From the human T2T-CHM13v2.0 reference genome, Homo sapiens, in assembly GCF_009914755.1 (NCBI RefSeq), contig NC_060947.1: DNA of 64,000 nt; one strand, given 5' to 3'. Positions 30,027-43,243 of the stretch are shown piece after piece (the stretch's first letter is position 1; every line of letters begins with the position of its first letter). A program made the translations under genes and the position numbers. The notes beneath the pieces are model-generated. The model ran no database searches. It was not told where the DNA came from and saw only the letters and a program-made list of their open reading frames with translations.

Positions 30027-30597
30027 CTGGGGCATTGCCTAGTGGAGCTGTGAGAAGGTCATCGTCCTCCAGAACCCAGAATGGAAGATCCTCTGACAGC
30101 TTGCACTGTGCGCCTGGAAAAGCTGCAGACACTCAACACCAGCACACAAAAGTAGCCAGGAGGGGAGCTGTACCCTGCAAAGCCACAGGGGCAGAGCTGC
30201 CCAAGGCCATGGGAGCCCACCTCTTGCATTAGCATGACTTGGAAGTGAGACATGAAATCAAAGGAGATCATTTTGGAACTTTAAGGTTTAGTGACTGCCC
30301 TATTAGTTTTCGGACTTGCATGGGGCCTGTAGCCCCTTTGTTTTGGCCAATTTCTTTCCTTTGGAATGGGTGTATTTATGCAATGCCTGTACCTTCATTT
30401 TATGTAGGAAGTAACTAACTTGCTTTTGATTTTACAGGCTCATAGGCAGAAGGGACTTGCCTTGTCTCAGATGAGACTTTGGACTTGGACTGTTGGTTTA
30501 ATGCTGGAATGAGTTAAGACTTTGGGGCACTGTTGGGAAAGCATGATTGTGTTTTGAAATGTGAGGACATGAGATTTGGGAGGGGCCAGGGGTGAGA
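30027..30597 (+). mobile_element. THE1-int, 3' part with purine-rich tract before the LTR
   Basis: ctggggcattgcctagtggagctgtgagaag...gtctcagatgagactttggac...gagatttgggaggggccagggg. Confidence 0.9.
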
Positions 30598-30964
30598 TGA
30601 TATGATTTGGCTGTGTCCCTACCCAAATCTCATCAAGAATTGTAGTTCCCATAATCCTCACATATCGTGGGAGGGACCTGGTGGGAGGTAATTGAATCAT
30701 TATTTCCACACTGTTCTCCTGATAGTGAGTGAGTTCTCATGAAATCTGATGGTTTTATAAGGGGCTTTTCCCCCTTTTGTTCAGTACTTCTCTTTGCTGT
30801 TGCCATGTGAAAAAGGACATGTTTCCTTCCCCTTCCACCATGATTGTAAGTTTCCTGAGGCCTCTCCAGCCATACTGAACTGTGAGTCAATTACATCTCT
30901 TTCCTTTATAAATTAACCAGTCTCAGGTATGTCTTTATTAGCAGCATGAGAACAGACTTACACA
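30598..30964 (+). mobile_element. THE1 (THE1C/D-like) 3' LTR
   Basis: tgatatgatttggctgtgtccct...gcagcatgagaacagacttacaca followed by TSD GAACT at 30965-30969. Confidence 0.95.
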
Positions 30965-31349
30965 GAACTCTTCTGTTAGTTGTTTTGTACCAGTATATAT
31001 CCTTCCTGGGCAGTATCAAATTTGGCTGGACATTTCACCACTAGCCTTCATTTCTTTTTACCCTAATAAAATCTTAGCCTTCCTGAAGTTTATTCCCTGA
31101 GTTTTACAATTAAAGCAATTTGGATCATCAGTCAATATGATGTTTCTTATCTAATATACTGATGTCCTAATAGAATCTCTCGGAGTTGTTCAAAGGACAG
31201 GTTTTGTTCAAATGGATAGGATAGGTTCAAATGGTGGTCTTTTAATTTGAACAGGTGGGTGGGGGAGCTTCTTTAGGGGTGAAAGATTTCTTGCTTGTCC
31301 TCAAACCACATCATGTACAGAGCTGCCTATTCTGCCTAAGCATAAGCCC

Positions 31350-31882
31350 ATTTCTGATGCCTTGTCCACATGTGGTGTGTAGCTCATTGTCACATACTCA
31401 AGGTGATGCCCAGCATACTGTGCTCAGCTTATGTTACTGCCCATCTACTAGGTATCCCCTGTCCCCATGGGCCTTGGCTACTTGCCTTGCTTCCCAGTAA
31501 GAGTGGTCCTAAGGAGGACTTGGGCTTTTCCTGTGCTCTTTAAAGCTCTGGCTGCCCTCCTTCCATGATCAAAGAGGCCCTCATGCTCAGTTCTGACTGA
31601 TAAGGAAAGTCTGTCATGCCTGCAAACTGGCTGGAGTGGGCCCACAGAGGGCCTGCTTTCTCAGTGATTTTCCAGAAGGCCACAGAAACTCAACCCAGAC
31701 GTGCACGTAGGCTAGTGTCCTGTTGACCAATCAGATACTTTTTTGTATTTACTCTCCTTCCTCCCCTTCCTCGCTTTTATTTTTTCCCTCCTTCTTGCTT
31801 CCCTGGGAGAATACTCCCCAGTAAAGGGTTACAATATAAGCTTCTACCACTGGCTCTGTTTTCTAGAGAATCAGGGCTAAAA
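31350..31882 (+). mobile_element. Ancient ERVL-class LTR (degraded)
   Basis: 3' end ...actccccagtaaa...ggctctgttttctagagaatcagggctaa resembles LTR16-group termini; the 5' boundary is uncertain. Confidence 0.4.
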
Positions 31883-34551
31883 AAAGAAGTAAAAATAGAT
31901 GATTGACAATGTCAAAGAAACATCCAAGTGTATCTCTATTTTCCTAACTATAAGCCAAACTTAGTCCTGTCACAGTTGCCCAAGGATTATGGGATACAGG
32001 AAGTGGTCAAGTGTCACATGATGTAGCATGGAGTGATGGGGGTGAACATGGCAGGAATGTCTGGAGCCTGGACTCCAAAGGGCAATGACCCAAAGGCATA
32101 AGAAAGTTCATATTAATGCAAGGTGCTCGGATGTGTTTGGCTACAACAGTAAGTGTCACTTGTGCCTCAGACAGTGTAGAAAAGAAATTGAGATAAAGGA
32201 AATGGTGAGCAAACCCTGAGGGTGATTTTTTTCTTTCCAGGCACAGGCTTTGTGGACATCTTGCCTTGTTGGCGTGGCCAAGGGTCTAAGAGCTGGGTCC
32301 AGCTGGGGGTTTCTAGGGAGTCCTGAGGAGCAGCACGCTGCTCCAGTTTTCCTCTGGGTCCACACGTTCTCAAGGTCAAGTAAAGCTTATGTGTGTATAG
32401 ACTTGATAATTGACCTGCAAAACAAAGAGTCCACCTTTACATGTGGTTCTTAAAATACTTTCCACTTTACGACCAATTTCTACTTACCATTCTTAACAAG
32501 CAGAAGATTTGAAATGACCGTATGCATAACAGGATAAGCGTCTCCACAGGTTCATGCGTGAAGCTAGAGGCTTAGAGTGGACAGTGTCCTCTAAATGAAA
32601 TGAAGGGGAAACGTAATAATGGCTTTTAACAAGGTCACATTGAAAGGGAATGACAGGATAAATTGGACCATTTGAGAACTTTGCCAAGTGTAAAAATTAA
32701 GGTAACATTACTAAAAAATCTATCTAGATAATCTTGGGCTCTGAAAAAAAGTTAATGGGAAGTGGACCTAATTATTTGAACTGAGATGCAGAAAATGTAG
32801 TTCATGTACCTATTAAGGATACATCAGATGCCCAAGGTATCTGAACAAAAATGCTGACAAAGATCAATTTAATATTGAATGATTTATTTCAGGAGACCCA
32901 GAATTTTTTTTAAATAAGAGACTTAGGGGAAAGTCTGCTAAAATAAACAAATCCTGAGATAATATTTAATTTGGATTTGGGTTAGTAGATAAGTTTGATT
33001 TTTAAAATATGTCTAAAGTTGAGAGTTTAAAAAAGACTTGACAAAAATAGACCAAGTGCTTTTTAACTGAAACCAAAGAATTTTAAAAATATAGAAATAA
33101 TCAGGTGTAGCAATATGTTTGGTTTACTCCCTTAAAAGAAAAAAAAATCAACATATTTTAGGAATTTAAGGCTTTCAGGTGACTTTAGATGAATTTATAT
33201 TGTTTGGACAATCTTCTTAAAATATAAAAATGGTAAAAAAAAAAAGAATCTTATGAAAACTCAGTCATTTAATTTTGAGGCATTAAGAAAAACCATTCCA
33301 AGCACTTGGTTAAGTCTTTTCTGTATATTATCTTGTTGATTTTTCAGAATAACTTTTTAAGGAAATAATTTCTGTAACCTCATTATAGATAAAACAGGTT
33401 TAGGGAAGTTAGCTAATTTGCCCAAAGTCTTACCTCTTGTAAGCCAGGACTTGAACTCAAGCCTCTCAGATTAAACGGTATGGTTAGACAGTGGGACTTA
33501 GACCCTGTGCTGTCACCAATCTGCTAAGTGCACAGAGCATTTCATGTGTGTAGTTCAGCCATGCAGACTAGCTTTTTAGCTTGTCATTCTTGGATAATTA
33601 ACTGTCTTTGACAAAGTCTGACTGCTCTTGCTTCTCTAGCATTCATTTTTGGTATGACCACTTTTTCTAGCATGTGGAAGAAATGTTTGCATGTTTGGAT
33701 GTGTCTTTTTGTTAATCAAGATACAGACTAATATGGCAAAGAGATGAAAAGCTTGTCTCCATTTGAGCAACTCCATAGATTTCTGACAAAGCAACAGAAT
33801 TTGGCGATGCTGATGCTCTAAGAATGATTGAATGGATAAAGTTCCTAATGACAACACCCAGGGAGGTATGATTGGTTTTCTTTTGCTGCTTTCAAGGAAG
33901 CGTGTACTCTAGCCAAATTTAGGATGCCCCATAGGACACCAGGAAATGTTACAAAATTTTGTGCAGTAAAAAAAACCTTTAAAATGTATAAGATTCCTTC
34001 ATACTTAGCAGCCTTGGATTCCATTTTTAACAAATTTTATAATATACCAAATTTAATGAGCTATTGTCTGAATATAGAGTTTGTCTATTTTAAAAAAGAA
34101 AGTAGTAAGACTGAATTTGTTGTGACCTATGGGATCATAAAATTTATAGTCATAGGCTTTGAAATTAAACTGAGTTTGAATTTTAGCTCTGCTACTTCTA
34201 GGCTGTGAGGCTGGGAGAAGTTATTTAGCCTCTGTTTCTTGTTTTTCTCATCTCATTGTAAGGATTAAATGAGATCATGTATTACAAATGCATCCATTGT
34301 GTTCATTTATTATTTTTTATAAACCATACTTGTACAGTCAGTGTAGCAAACTTGATTTTATAAGCAAATCAAGTTTCTTCAATGTATATATTTTGGATTC
34401 TTAAGTCAGTGTATTGATTTTAAGGGGTAAAGAACTTTAAAAAATAATATACAAACGTATGTTTTTCCATTTTCTCTTTTCCCCTACTTTCTTATCATCC
34501 ACCCTCCACCTGTCATGAAAAGGAAAGAGAAAGAGAGAGGAATAAGAAACA

Positions 34552-34622
34552 GGAAGGAAGGAAGGAAGGAGGGAAGGAAGGAAGGAAGGAGGGAAGGAAG
34601 GAAGGAAGGCAGGCAGACAGGC
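34552..34622. repeat. (GGAA)n/(GGGA)/(GGCA) purine-rich tetranucleotide repeat
   Basis: aggaaggaaggaaggaaggagggaaggaag...aggcaggcagacagg seen directly. Confidence 0.92.
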
Positions 34623-35954
34623 TAGCAAAGAATGAAATAAAACAAAAATTAATTTTTTAAATTTCTTCATAATTTTTGGAAATTTAACTTCTTTAGATGC
34701 TGCTATTTAAAATACATACATAGGTCAATAAATTCAGGAAGGACACTAGGCTGAAAAATTTTCCCTTCGGTAAATCTGACACCAGCAACTCATACAGCTT
34801 GTCGGATCTAAGGTCTCACTGGGAAGCACAAAGGAAGCAGGCAGCAGAAGGAGACATCAAATGGTGCAGCCTGCAGTTCCCAGCAGTGACTCTCAATGGG
34901 ACTGCATGCATTACCATGGTTCCTGCAGGAACTACTGCCCAGCTGATTGTCAGTGGAAGTGTGGACACAGGCTATCCTCATTTCTCCTACCCTTATCTGG
35001 TTTCCCAGCAGCAGATGGTGATGGTAGTCACGTTTTTCCAGCTGTCCACACTACAGAGGAGGACCCAAGTTTGTCTGTACACTCCCTTCCCTCATTTTGA
35101 GGAGTCTGAGGGCTGAAATGTTATGCAAGAGAAAGATCTGGTTTGATACTTTGGATCCCTCTAAAATTCTGTAATTTTTATCTTTAATGAAAATTGCTAA
35201 ATAGTACAAGCTTGGATAGTGGCAAATTAATAAATTCAAGCACTCTATAAATAACTAAAGTATTAATAAGCATCTCTCTAAAAGTTTGGGCAGAAAATTA
35301 TCTTAATCTTACATTATTATGGAGAGGGCATGAAAAATTACTTGATCATGAGATACATAATACTTATCAGTAAAATCAATCCAGGGGTAATGTAATAGCA
35401 AAATGTTCTATCATGATTTTAAAGCCATTATCCAAATTAGTTGCTGAAGAAAGAAACTAAATATAATAAGAACTGTAGAACCATTAGTAGTATTTTGGTC
35501 TCACTAAAAGTAAGCTGTAAGAATGCTCATCTAAAATTACAAGCATAATTAAAAAATCACAGAGGCCTTGAACCAAAACACAAAATGACAATCATGAAAT
35601 CCATCAACTGCTCTAATAGCAACTTATGTTTATATGGTGACTTACACTTTGAAATGAGATTTCACAGATGTTATTGTAATACAATATCCTTTGAAGTAGA
35701 TGGACATGCACCATTATTCCTGTTTACTAGATGAATATACTGAGACTCAAAGAGATTAGGTAACATGACAACATCAGACCTATAATCCAGTTTTCTTGTC
35801 TTCAGAGTAGGTCTTTTTTTTTCCATCTCTGCAGGTCATAGATGTTAATTTTTATTGTGTAGCAGCCACTGGAAACATCTCAATTTGCTCGAAGAACTCA
35901 AATACTCATCTATATTTTGTGTATATGTGTGTGGGGGGGATACTGGTGCTAATG

Positions 35955-36478
35955 TTGTGCTTCTCTGTTGCATTGGTGGCCCCAAATGAAACATATCTCT
36001 TGATATTCTTTTCTTTGCATGTTCTGCCCTTTGTATCTGAGCGTGACCTGTGTTTGCTTAAACCAAAAGAACACAACTGAATTGCTATTATTCCAGTTCT
36101 GGGCCTAACCCTTAAGAAGGCCTGGCATATTTTGCTTTGTACTCTTGAAAGCCCAAGATATTCGTGAAAGAAGCCTGACTAGTCTGCTGGAGAGGCCACT
36201 TGCATAGAGGGATAAAATGGAGAGGCTACTTGGAAAGAGAGAGCCTCTAAGGCAGCAAGGAAAGAGAGAAGCTCAGACATACCAGAACCCTGGCTGAGCC
36301 CCGTCCCCAGACAATCTGCCTGCTGAATTTAATCACACTAGTGACCCCAGGGGGTGACTAACAGAAGAATCCCCAGCTGAGCACAGCCGAGGCTGCAGGG
36401 CTGGGAGAAAATAAAACGAATGTTGTTTTCAGCTACTAGGTTTTATGGTGGTTTGCTACAGACAGATACCTGAAATAA
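35955..36478 (+). mobile_element. MLT1 (G/H-like) LTR
   Basis: ggtggccccaaatg...ccagttctgggcctaacccttaagaaggcctggca...cccagctgagc...tgttgttttcagctactaggttttatggtggtttgctac. Confidence 0.75.
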
Positions 36479-38199
36479 ATGTCAAAGCAATGGGCTTCAG
36501 GCTTCATTACTCTTTCCAAGTACACAGTTACTGAATGAGTAAGCATTCCACAATCCTACATCTCAAAATCCAGATGACAGTTCTATGAATTCTGCATTGG
36601 ATGTGTTTCATCATCAGGGAAAAAGAAAGGCCTGCTGTGAAAGACCAAAACATTCACGAAACTGACTTATTTTGTATCAGAGCAATAATGCTGCTAATTG
36701 TTTAAACCAAAAACCCAGGCACGATGTGGCTGCCAAGATATGAAATGACACTCCGTAAACTTGCAATTTCATTTCACATCCATGAATGCATTTTCATCCT
36801 ATGAGGACTGCTGTGTATGCGGGTGCTTTCAATTCTGGGAATGTCATCTGGGAAAAGAGAGCAGCAGCTTGGCCATGAAACTGCAGGTTTGCAAATTAGC
36901 AAATTTTCAGCACTCTGTTCATTAGTGAAATCAATGAGACTTTTAAAGGACTGAGAAAAATTGTCAAAATATGAGCATATGAAAATGATGACACAAATGG
37001 GACTTTAGAAACTCAGGGGTGAATTTGGGGGAGACACAGCACAGGAAGAATCCTTTGATAAACTCCCAAACAGGCTACAGTTGGTTACATCAACTGAAGT
37101 GACTGCTCTGCCTCTAGGTCATTTGCAACTTTGGAATTCTTGCTTGGAACTGGCTTTTTTGGGTCATCACTTGGTTTAAATTATGTTCTCTTCAGATTAA
37201 GAGCACACCAGATGTTAAGTGATTCTCTTCAACTGTGTAATTTTAAAGGAAGTTACTTTAAGATAGTTATTAACTTAACTGTATATTTAACACTTAATGC
37301 AAAAAACAATCATGGTTTTCATAATGGAAGCACATGATTCAGAGGGGGAGGGAAAGGCCTAAACTGGTATATGGTAAGATCTAGCTTTTCCAACTGTTTT
37401 ATCTTGCCTGCCACTGGCTTGTGGGAATTCTTCCAGAGGCAGCTGATGCTTCTGGAAGTAAGTTAAAGATGGCCAAGAAAAGCCTAACATACAGCCCCTG
37501 CCTTCAAGGGGCTTAGAGTTTAGTTAAAAAAACAGTGATTTGGGAGGTTCTTAACCATTCTCACAGTCAGAGAGCCTCAGAGATGCTAGTGATGAAATCG
37601 GTCTTTCCATTATTTAGAAAAAATGGGTGCAAGTTAGATATACACATTGCTTTCCTCTCACTTTTTGTGTCAATAGGCAGCAGCACGATTCCCTAGTCCC
37701 CACCTCTTATTAGTCACCCCAAATACCTACAATCTTGAAATATATCAACTGCCCTATAGCGACTTACATTAAATGATGCCTTACAATTTAAAATCCAACT
37801 TCGTAGTTTTTTAAAAAACAAAATAATCCTAAAATGTAGGTGAAGCATAAACTACTATTCTTATTTTTTTTAATAAATAAACTGATTGAGAGAGATCCAC
37901 ACAATATGTGTAAAAGTCAGGAGGTTATACACTCATAGATAATAAGTTGTTGACTTTTAGCAAAAATTCTCCAGAAACACAATTCTTATTCTGTCCAGTT
38001 ACCCCGGTTGGAAATCAGAGGGGGTGGCTGTGAAGGGGTAGAAGATTTATATGGAAAGAAAGATGAGTATCCTATGGTGTGCTGAGGATAACTTTTCTTG
38101 TGGAAAAAGAAAAGTCATAAGCTCAGAGGCCATGGGATTGCTGGGATGCCATTAGGAAGGAGTCAGCCCCTCACCCAACTTCCCACTTTTAAGTGGGTG

Positions 38200-38685
38200 T
38201 CAACCTGTATGTTAATTGCAGCACTATTCATAATATCTAGGATGTGGAATCAACCTAGGTGCTCATCAAGGGTAGATTAGATAGAGAATATAAGGTACAT
38301 GTACACCATGGAATACTACACAGCCATAAAAAAGAATGAAATCATGTCCTTTGCAGCAATATAGATGCAGCTGGATGCAATTATCCTAAGCAAACGAATG
38401 CAGAAACAAAAAAAAAAAAAAACAAGCACTGCATGTTCTCACTTATAAGTGAGAGCTAAACATTGGGTACACATGGACATAAAGATGGGAACAATAGACA
38501 CTGGGGACTAAAATAAGGAGGACGGAGGGAGAGGGATAAGGGTTGAAAAACTTCCCTGTTGTGTACTGTGCTCACTACCTGGGTGACGGATTCAATTATA
38601 CCCCAAGCCTCAGCATCATGCAATATAACTTTGTAGTAAACCTGTATGTGTACCCTCTGAATCAAAAATAAAAGTTAAATAAATA
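38200..38685 (+). mobile_element. 5'-truncated L1 (L1PA15/16-like) 3' end
   Basis: caccatggaatactacacagccataaaaaagaatgaaatcatgtcctttgcagc...gctcactacctgggtgacgg...ctgaatcaaaaataaaagt. Confidence 0.88.
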
Positions 38686-38868
38686 CATGAATATGTAAAT
38701 CATTTCCAAAAAGTACACAGAAACTACCAACTTAAAGCAGAAAAGAAATGACAGGACCAACATGGCAGAAGCCTCCTTTTTTAAAAAAAATCCAGTGCTG
38801 AAATAATGCATGTTTTCTGGTGTGTAGGAGAGTTCCAAGGCTTACCCTGTCTGAGCTGTTTTCACTAT

Positions 38869-38943
38869 GGTGTATGCATGCACACATACATGCATACTCA
38901 CATGCATATGTGTATGCACATATGTACATGCACACACATATGT
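38869..38943. repeat. Alternating purine/pyrimidine low-complexity tract (TG/CA/TA)
   Basis: gtgtatgcatgcacacatacatgcat...atatgtacatgcacacacatatgt. Confidence 0.75.
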
Positions 38944-40145
38944 TATTGCTTTAATCTGCTGTATTTAGTGGACACATAACCTGGAGAAAACACTGTGCCT
39001 TTTCTATTTTCATCTGTACGATACCTGCTGAGAAGCTTTCAGTATCATTTTGAATAGAACTAGAACAAACGGCACGATTTTGTGCAATCTCAACTGTCCT
39101 CAAGCTTGAGCTATAGAGCAGAGAACACTTTCCGTCTTCCCACACCAAACAGCATCCTTCCGAAGTGTTTGAACAGGACATATTTTCTAGAACAAAACTA
39201 AGACATGAACTGGACTGATGGAACATTTAGTTTGAATTTCTGGTCTCTAGTAAATGGTTCAAACTCTCTGTGCCTCAGTTGTCTTTTTAGTAAATTGAAG
39301 AGGATTAGGATTCTTTCCTGATAGGAAATTTTAACCATGTGAGAAATTTTTTTATATTACTTCGACATGAGAGAAATAGGTTTACTGTAAATATAGGATT
39401 GTTATTTTTTCCCAATGGTTCTGTGAACTCAATTAAGAGATAATCTAGTATATACCCTGTGTGCACTGACATTTATTTTATCCTTTCTCATGAGAGCCAA
39501 AGGACAGACACAGTTAATCCAATCATGGCAAATGAATAAACTTCCTCCACAGCCCAGGCCAGACATTTCTCATGCTTTGTCTAGCTGTCTCTAATTTTCT
39601 GTTTGATTTTCTACCACTCACATGCAAGATAGAGGGTTGCTTTGGCAGAAATTAAATGTGCAAAAATGTTTTACCATCTGCTGGAATATTCTTGGATGTT
39701 ATCCTTCCAGTAGCACTCATTATTAAAAATATTTATTGGACATGAACAATATATCAAATTCTGCTCAAAATATGGCTGCCTCACAGTTACTGCTCAAACA
39801 AGAATGAAAAAAAATCACATGATTTTAAAATAATGATTGCATTAGTTCTGTCCCTGAATTTTGCTGCTCTTGACACTATTTTTCTCGTCTGAGGAAGAGT
39901 GGTACTATTTTTCCCCTCCGAGGAAGAGGAAGTTATTTAAGGCAAGAATTGCGTTTCTCTTATTTAAAATATGAACAGCCCTTAACACAGTGCATGTTAG
40001 TAGAGGCTAAAAATGTTGATTCACTGATAAATTTGTAAAGCCTGTTTTACCACCTAAATTGCCAGTTTCTCAAGGGGCAATGACAGGATTTACTATCTCT
40101 TAGGTATGTGAACATCTGTTAGTTTTTGGTTTTGTATTTTATTTT

Positions 40146-40576
40146 CAATGCCCAGAATCTGACGCTGTAGTCTAGGTTTAGAAAAACACCCACTATAAAA
40201 GCTGAAACACCAGATACTTGTTTTTCCCAGCCTCCCTTGCAGCTAGGGTACTGGCAGACAACCTAGTTAGATCAATTAGGAGCTAATAATGTTAAGAATA
40301 AAGTACTGTGTAGAATTTATTTGCAGCAGAAACATTTGACATTACAGGAGTGGCAGTGGTAGCAGAGTTAATAATGAAGGCTGTAGTGGCCAGTGTTCAT
40401 AGAAGTGGCAGAAATCCTTTTTCCAAATCCTTCATAGTTCTCATTGTTTTCCAAGCCTTATTTTATGACTTTGTAGGTAATTATCTAGCCCTGAGATACA
40501 TTCAATGAATTATCTTCTGCTGAAATTAGGCAGGACAATTTCTGTGGCTTCCATGTTAAGAAACCTAGCTGATGTA
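40146..40576 (+). mobile_element. LTR33-like ERVL LTR
   Basis: ttcccagcctcccttgcagctaggg near the 5' end; 3' end ttcaatgaattatcttctgctgaaattag...tttctgtggcttcc...aagaaacctagctgat. Confidence 0.55.
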
Positions 40577-41837
40577 TTGGGCTTATTCTGAAGCCTCTTC
40601 AACATAGAGTTTTAGTCAACATCCTATAGTCCATTTACCCAACATCATTTTGTGTTCCACCCATGGAAAATTCTACATTCTGTTGTATTTTTAACTGTTT
40701 TTATGCATTAGTCTTTCCTGTCCCATGATATTATAAAGAACTTGCAAGCAGAAATCACATTATCCTTCTTTTTAACCTCAGAGTCATACAGGATTCTTTA
40801 AAAAGAGTACATGTTGAATACATACTTTACTGATTGATATCAGGTAAATAACATCAGAACAATAGTCATTAGCACTGTGGGTATATGACTCAATAAAAAG
40901 ATAGATGCCATTTTTTTCTAGACCAAGATAGAGAATACATGAGTTGCTTAAAATTAAAATTCAGTGCCATATAAGAGGAACAAAAGATTTTTACTGAGTT
41001 CAAACTGCTTTGAATTTAATTTAGTCAAATCAATTTTTGTAACTAGACAGTCTTAAAATGGAGACTAATTGTAGGTGTAGCCTTCAGGCTAAAATTAGAC
41101 AAAATAAGAATAAAAGGATGGATTTTCAATGTCGTTGGTCTAATGTCAGCATTAGATTAATGATAATAGTGCATGTTCTACCCCTTTCTTTATTTCTTCT
41201 TTTCCTGCCCCAAACACAATCACATAACTAAGTCAGAGGAAATTGGTTTGAGATTGAGTGTCAAAGGGATTCAAGAAAGGATTGAGGGATAGAACTTGAT
41301 GCAGGGGAAAATCTCTGAAAATGTGGCCTTGGCTATGGAAATGGGCCTGGGAACTGAGCTGTATGTTTCAGGGAGGGAACTTTGGTAGTTGGTGGTGGGA
41401 GGTGGTGTAGAGAACTGCTTGTGTCAGAGCACAAAAGATTATATCTGTATTTAAATAATTAGAATCTGATTCTACAGATTTCAGTGTTATGATGAATCAA
41501 TATCAAGCAGTTCCTTCTGTTATTCATTAATTCAACAACCATTTATGGAAGATCTTTTTTCTGTCATGCATTGCTCTAGGCTCTAGACCGAGAATAGTGA
41601 GTGAGACAGATAAAATCCTGAGCCCAAGGAGCATATATTCTAGTAAGAGAGATAGATAAAAAGCCATCAAGGAGGCAGAAATATATTCTAGGTATTAGAC
41701 AGTGATAAGTGCTATAAAGAAAAATAAAGTAGGATAGGGAGATAGAGGGTGATAGTGCTGCAATTTTAGGCAGGGTTGTCAGAAAAGTTTTTCTCTGAGG
41801 TGGTTACATTTGGGAAGAGACTTCAAATGAGGAAGTA

Positions 41838-42243
<406 letters not shown>

Positions 42244-42314
42244 CTAGTTTACCTGGCGCTGACTAAACCAGTGGAAGAATCATAGGAGATGAGGTAGGAA
42301 AGTGTATTGAACAC

Positions 42315-42729
42315 TGTGATGCACTGACCAGATTCCCCTTCAACGAATAAATTGTTGCTCCAGCTGTTAAGAGTGCTATGGGCAGACAAACATCAGCTGT
42401 CAGGCCTTCCAGGGACTGCCCCAGCTGCTAAGAACCACCTCAACCAAGGTCTTGCCCCTTTTGGGGGCAGCCTACACCCAAACACTGATCAGTGAGGGAG
42501 TATAAAAGGCCAACATCTTGACCTAACTCAGGACAACTCCAAAGAGCCATTCCAGCTTCAGAGCTTGCCATGAAGTTGGCGAAAACTATTGTGCCTAAAT
42601 CTCAGTTTGCCCTCTCCCTCTGCCCACTCTTCCTTTGTTTTCCTCCCTTCCGCAGATGTCGATTCCAAGGGCGTTCCTTAATAAAAACTCTGCCCTCTAA
42701 ACTCCAGAGGGATAATTCAACCTGCTTCA
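42315..42729 (+). mobile_element. LTR16-like ERVL solo LTR
   Basis: cccagctgc...gggagtataaaaggcc (TATA)...ggacaactcc...ccattccagcttcagagc...ccttaataaa (poly-A signal). Confidence 0.75.
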
Positions 42730-43243
42730 ACAATGAGGTAGGTGATTGGATTTCATTGAAAGTGTTATGGAAAGACTGTGGGGTTCTGAGCAGAGGAGTC
42801 ATGTAATCTAATTTATATTTTACAGAAATTACTTGGCTGCTGTAAACTACAGGAGGAAAAGAGAGAAAGTTGGGAAGGTATTGAAGTAATCCAGGCAAAA
42901 GGTGATGATGACTTAGACTAGAGAAGCATTGATGGAAGTGATGAGAAATGAGTAGGTTCAACATGTTTTCCGAAAGGAGAGCTGAAAGGATCAAGCAATG
43001 TTCTTTAACTCGTCAAAGACGCTATAAAACTCAACAATTAGCATCAGAAACAAAAGAGTCAATTAAAAACATGGCCATTTTACAAGGATTAGTGTTGTTT
43101 AAAATGGACAAAAGCATTAATATAAGTCAAGTCATCTCTTATATTCATAATCTAAATGCTTTGTTTATGTCACAGAAACAAATATCGCTGGATTACCTGG
43201 TAGAGTGCCCAGTTAGTGCTGGTGGGCTATGCACTCTTTATAT

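Noticed and set aside
36338-36361. Small hairpin tagtgacccc-ag-ggggtgacta
   Set aside because: 10-bp imperfect stem inside an MLT1 LTR; within chance expectation.
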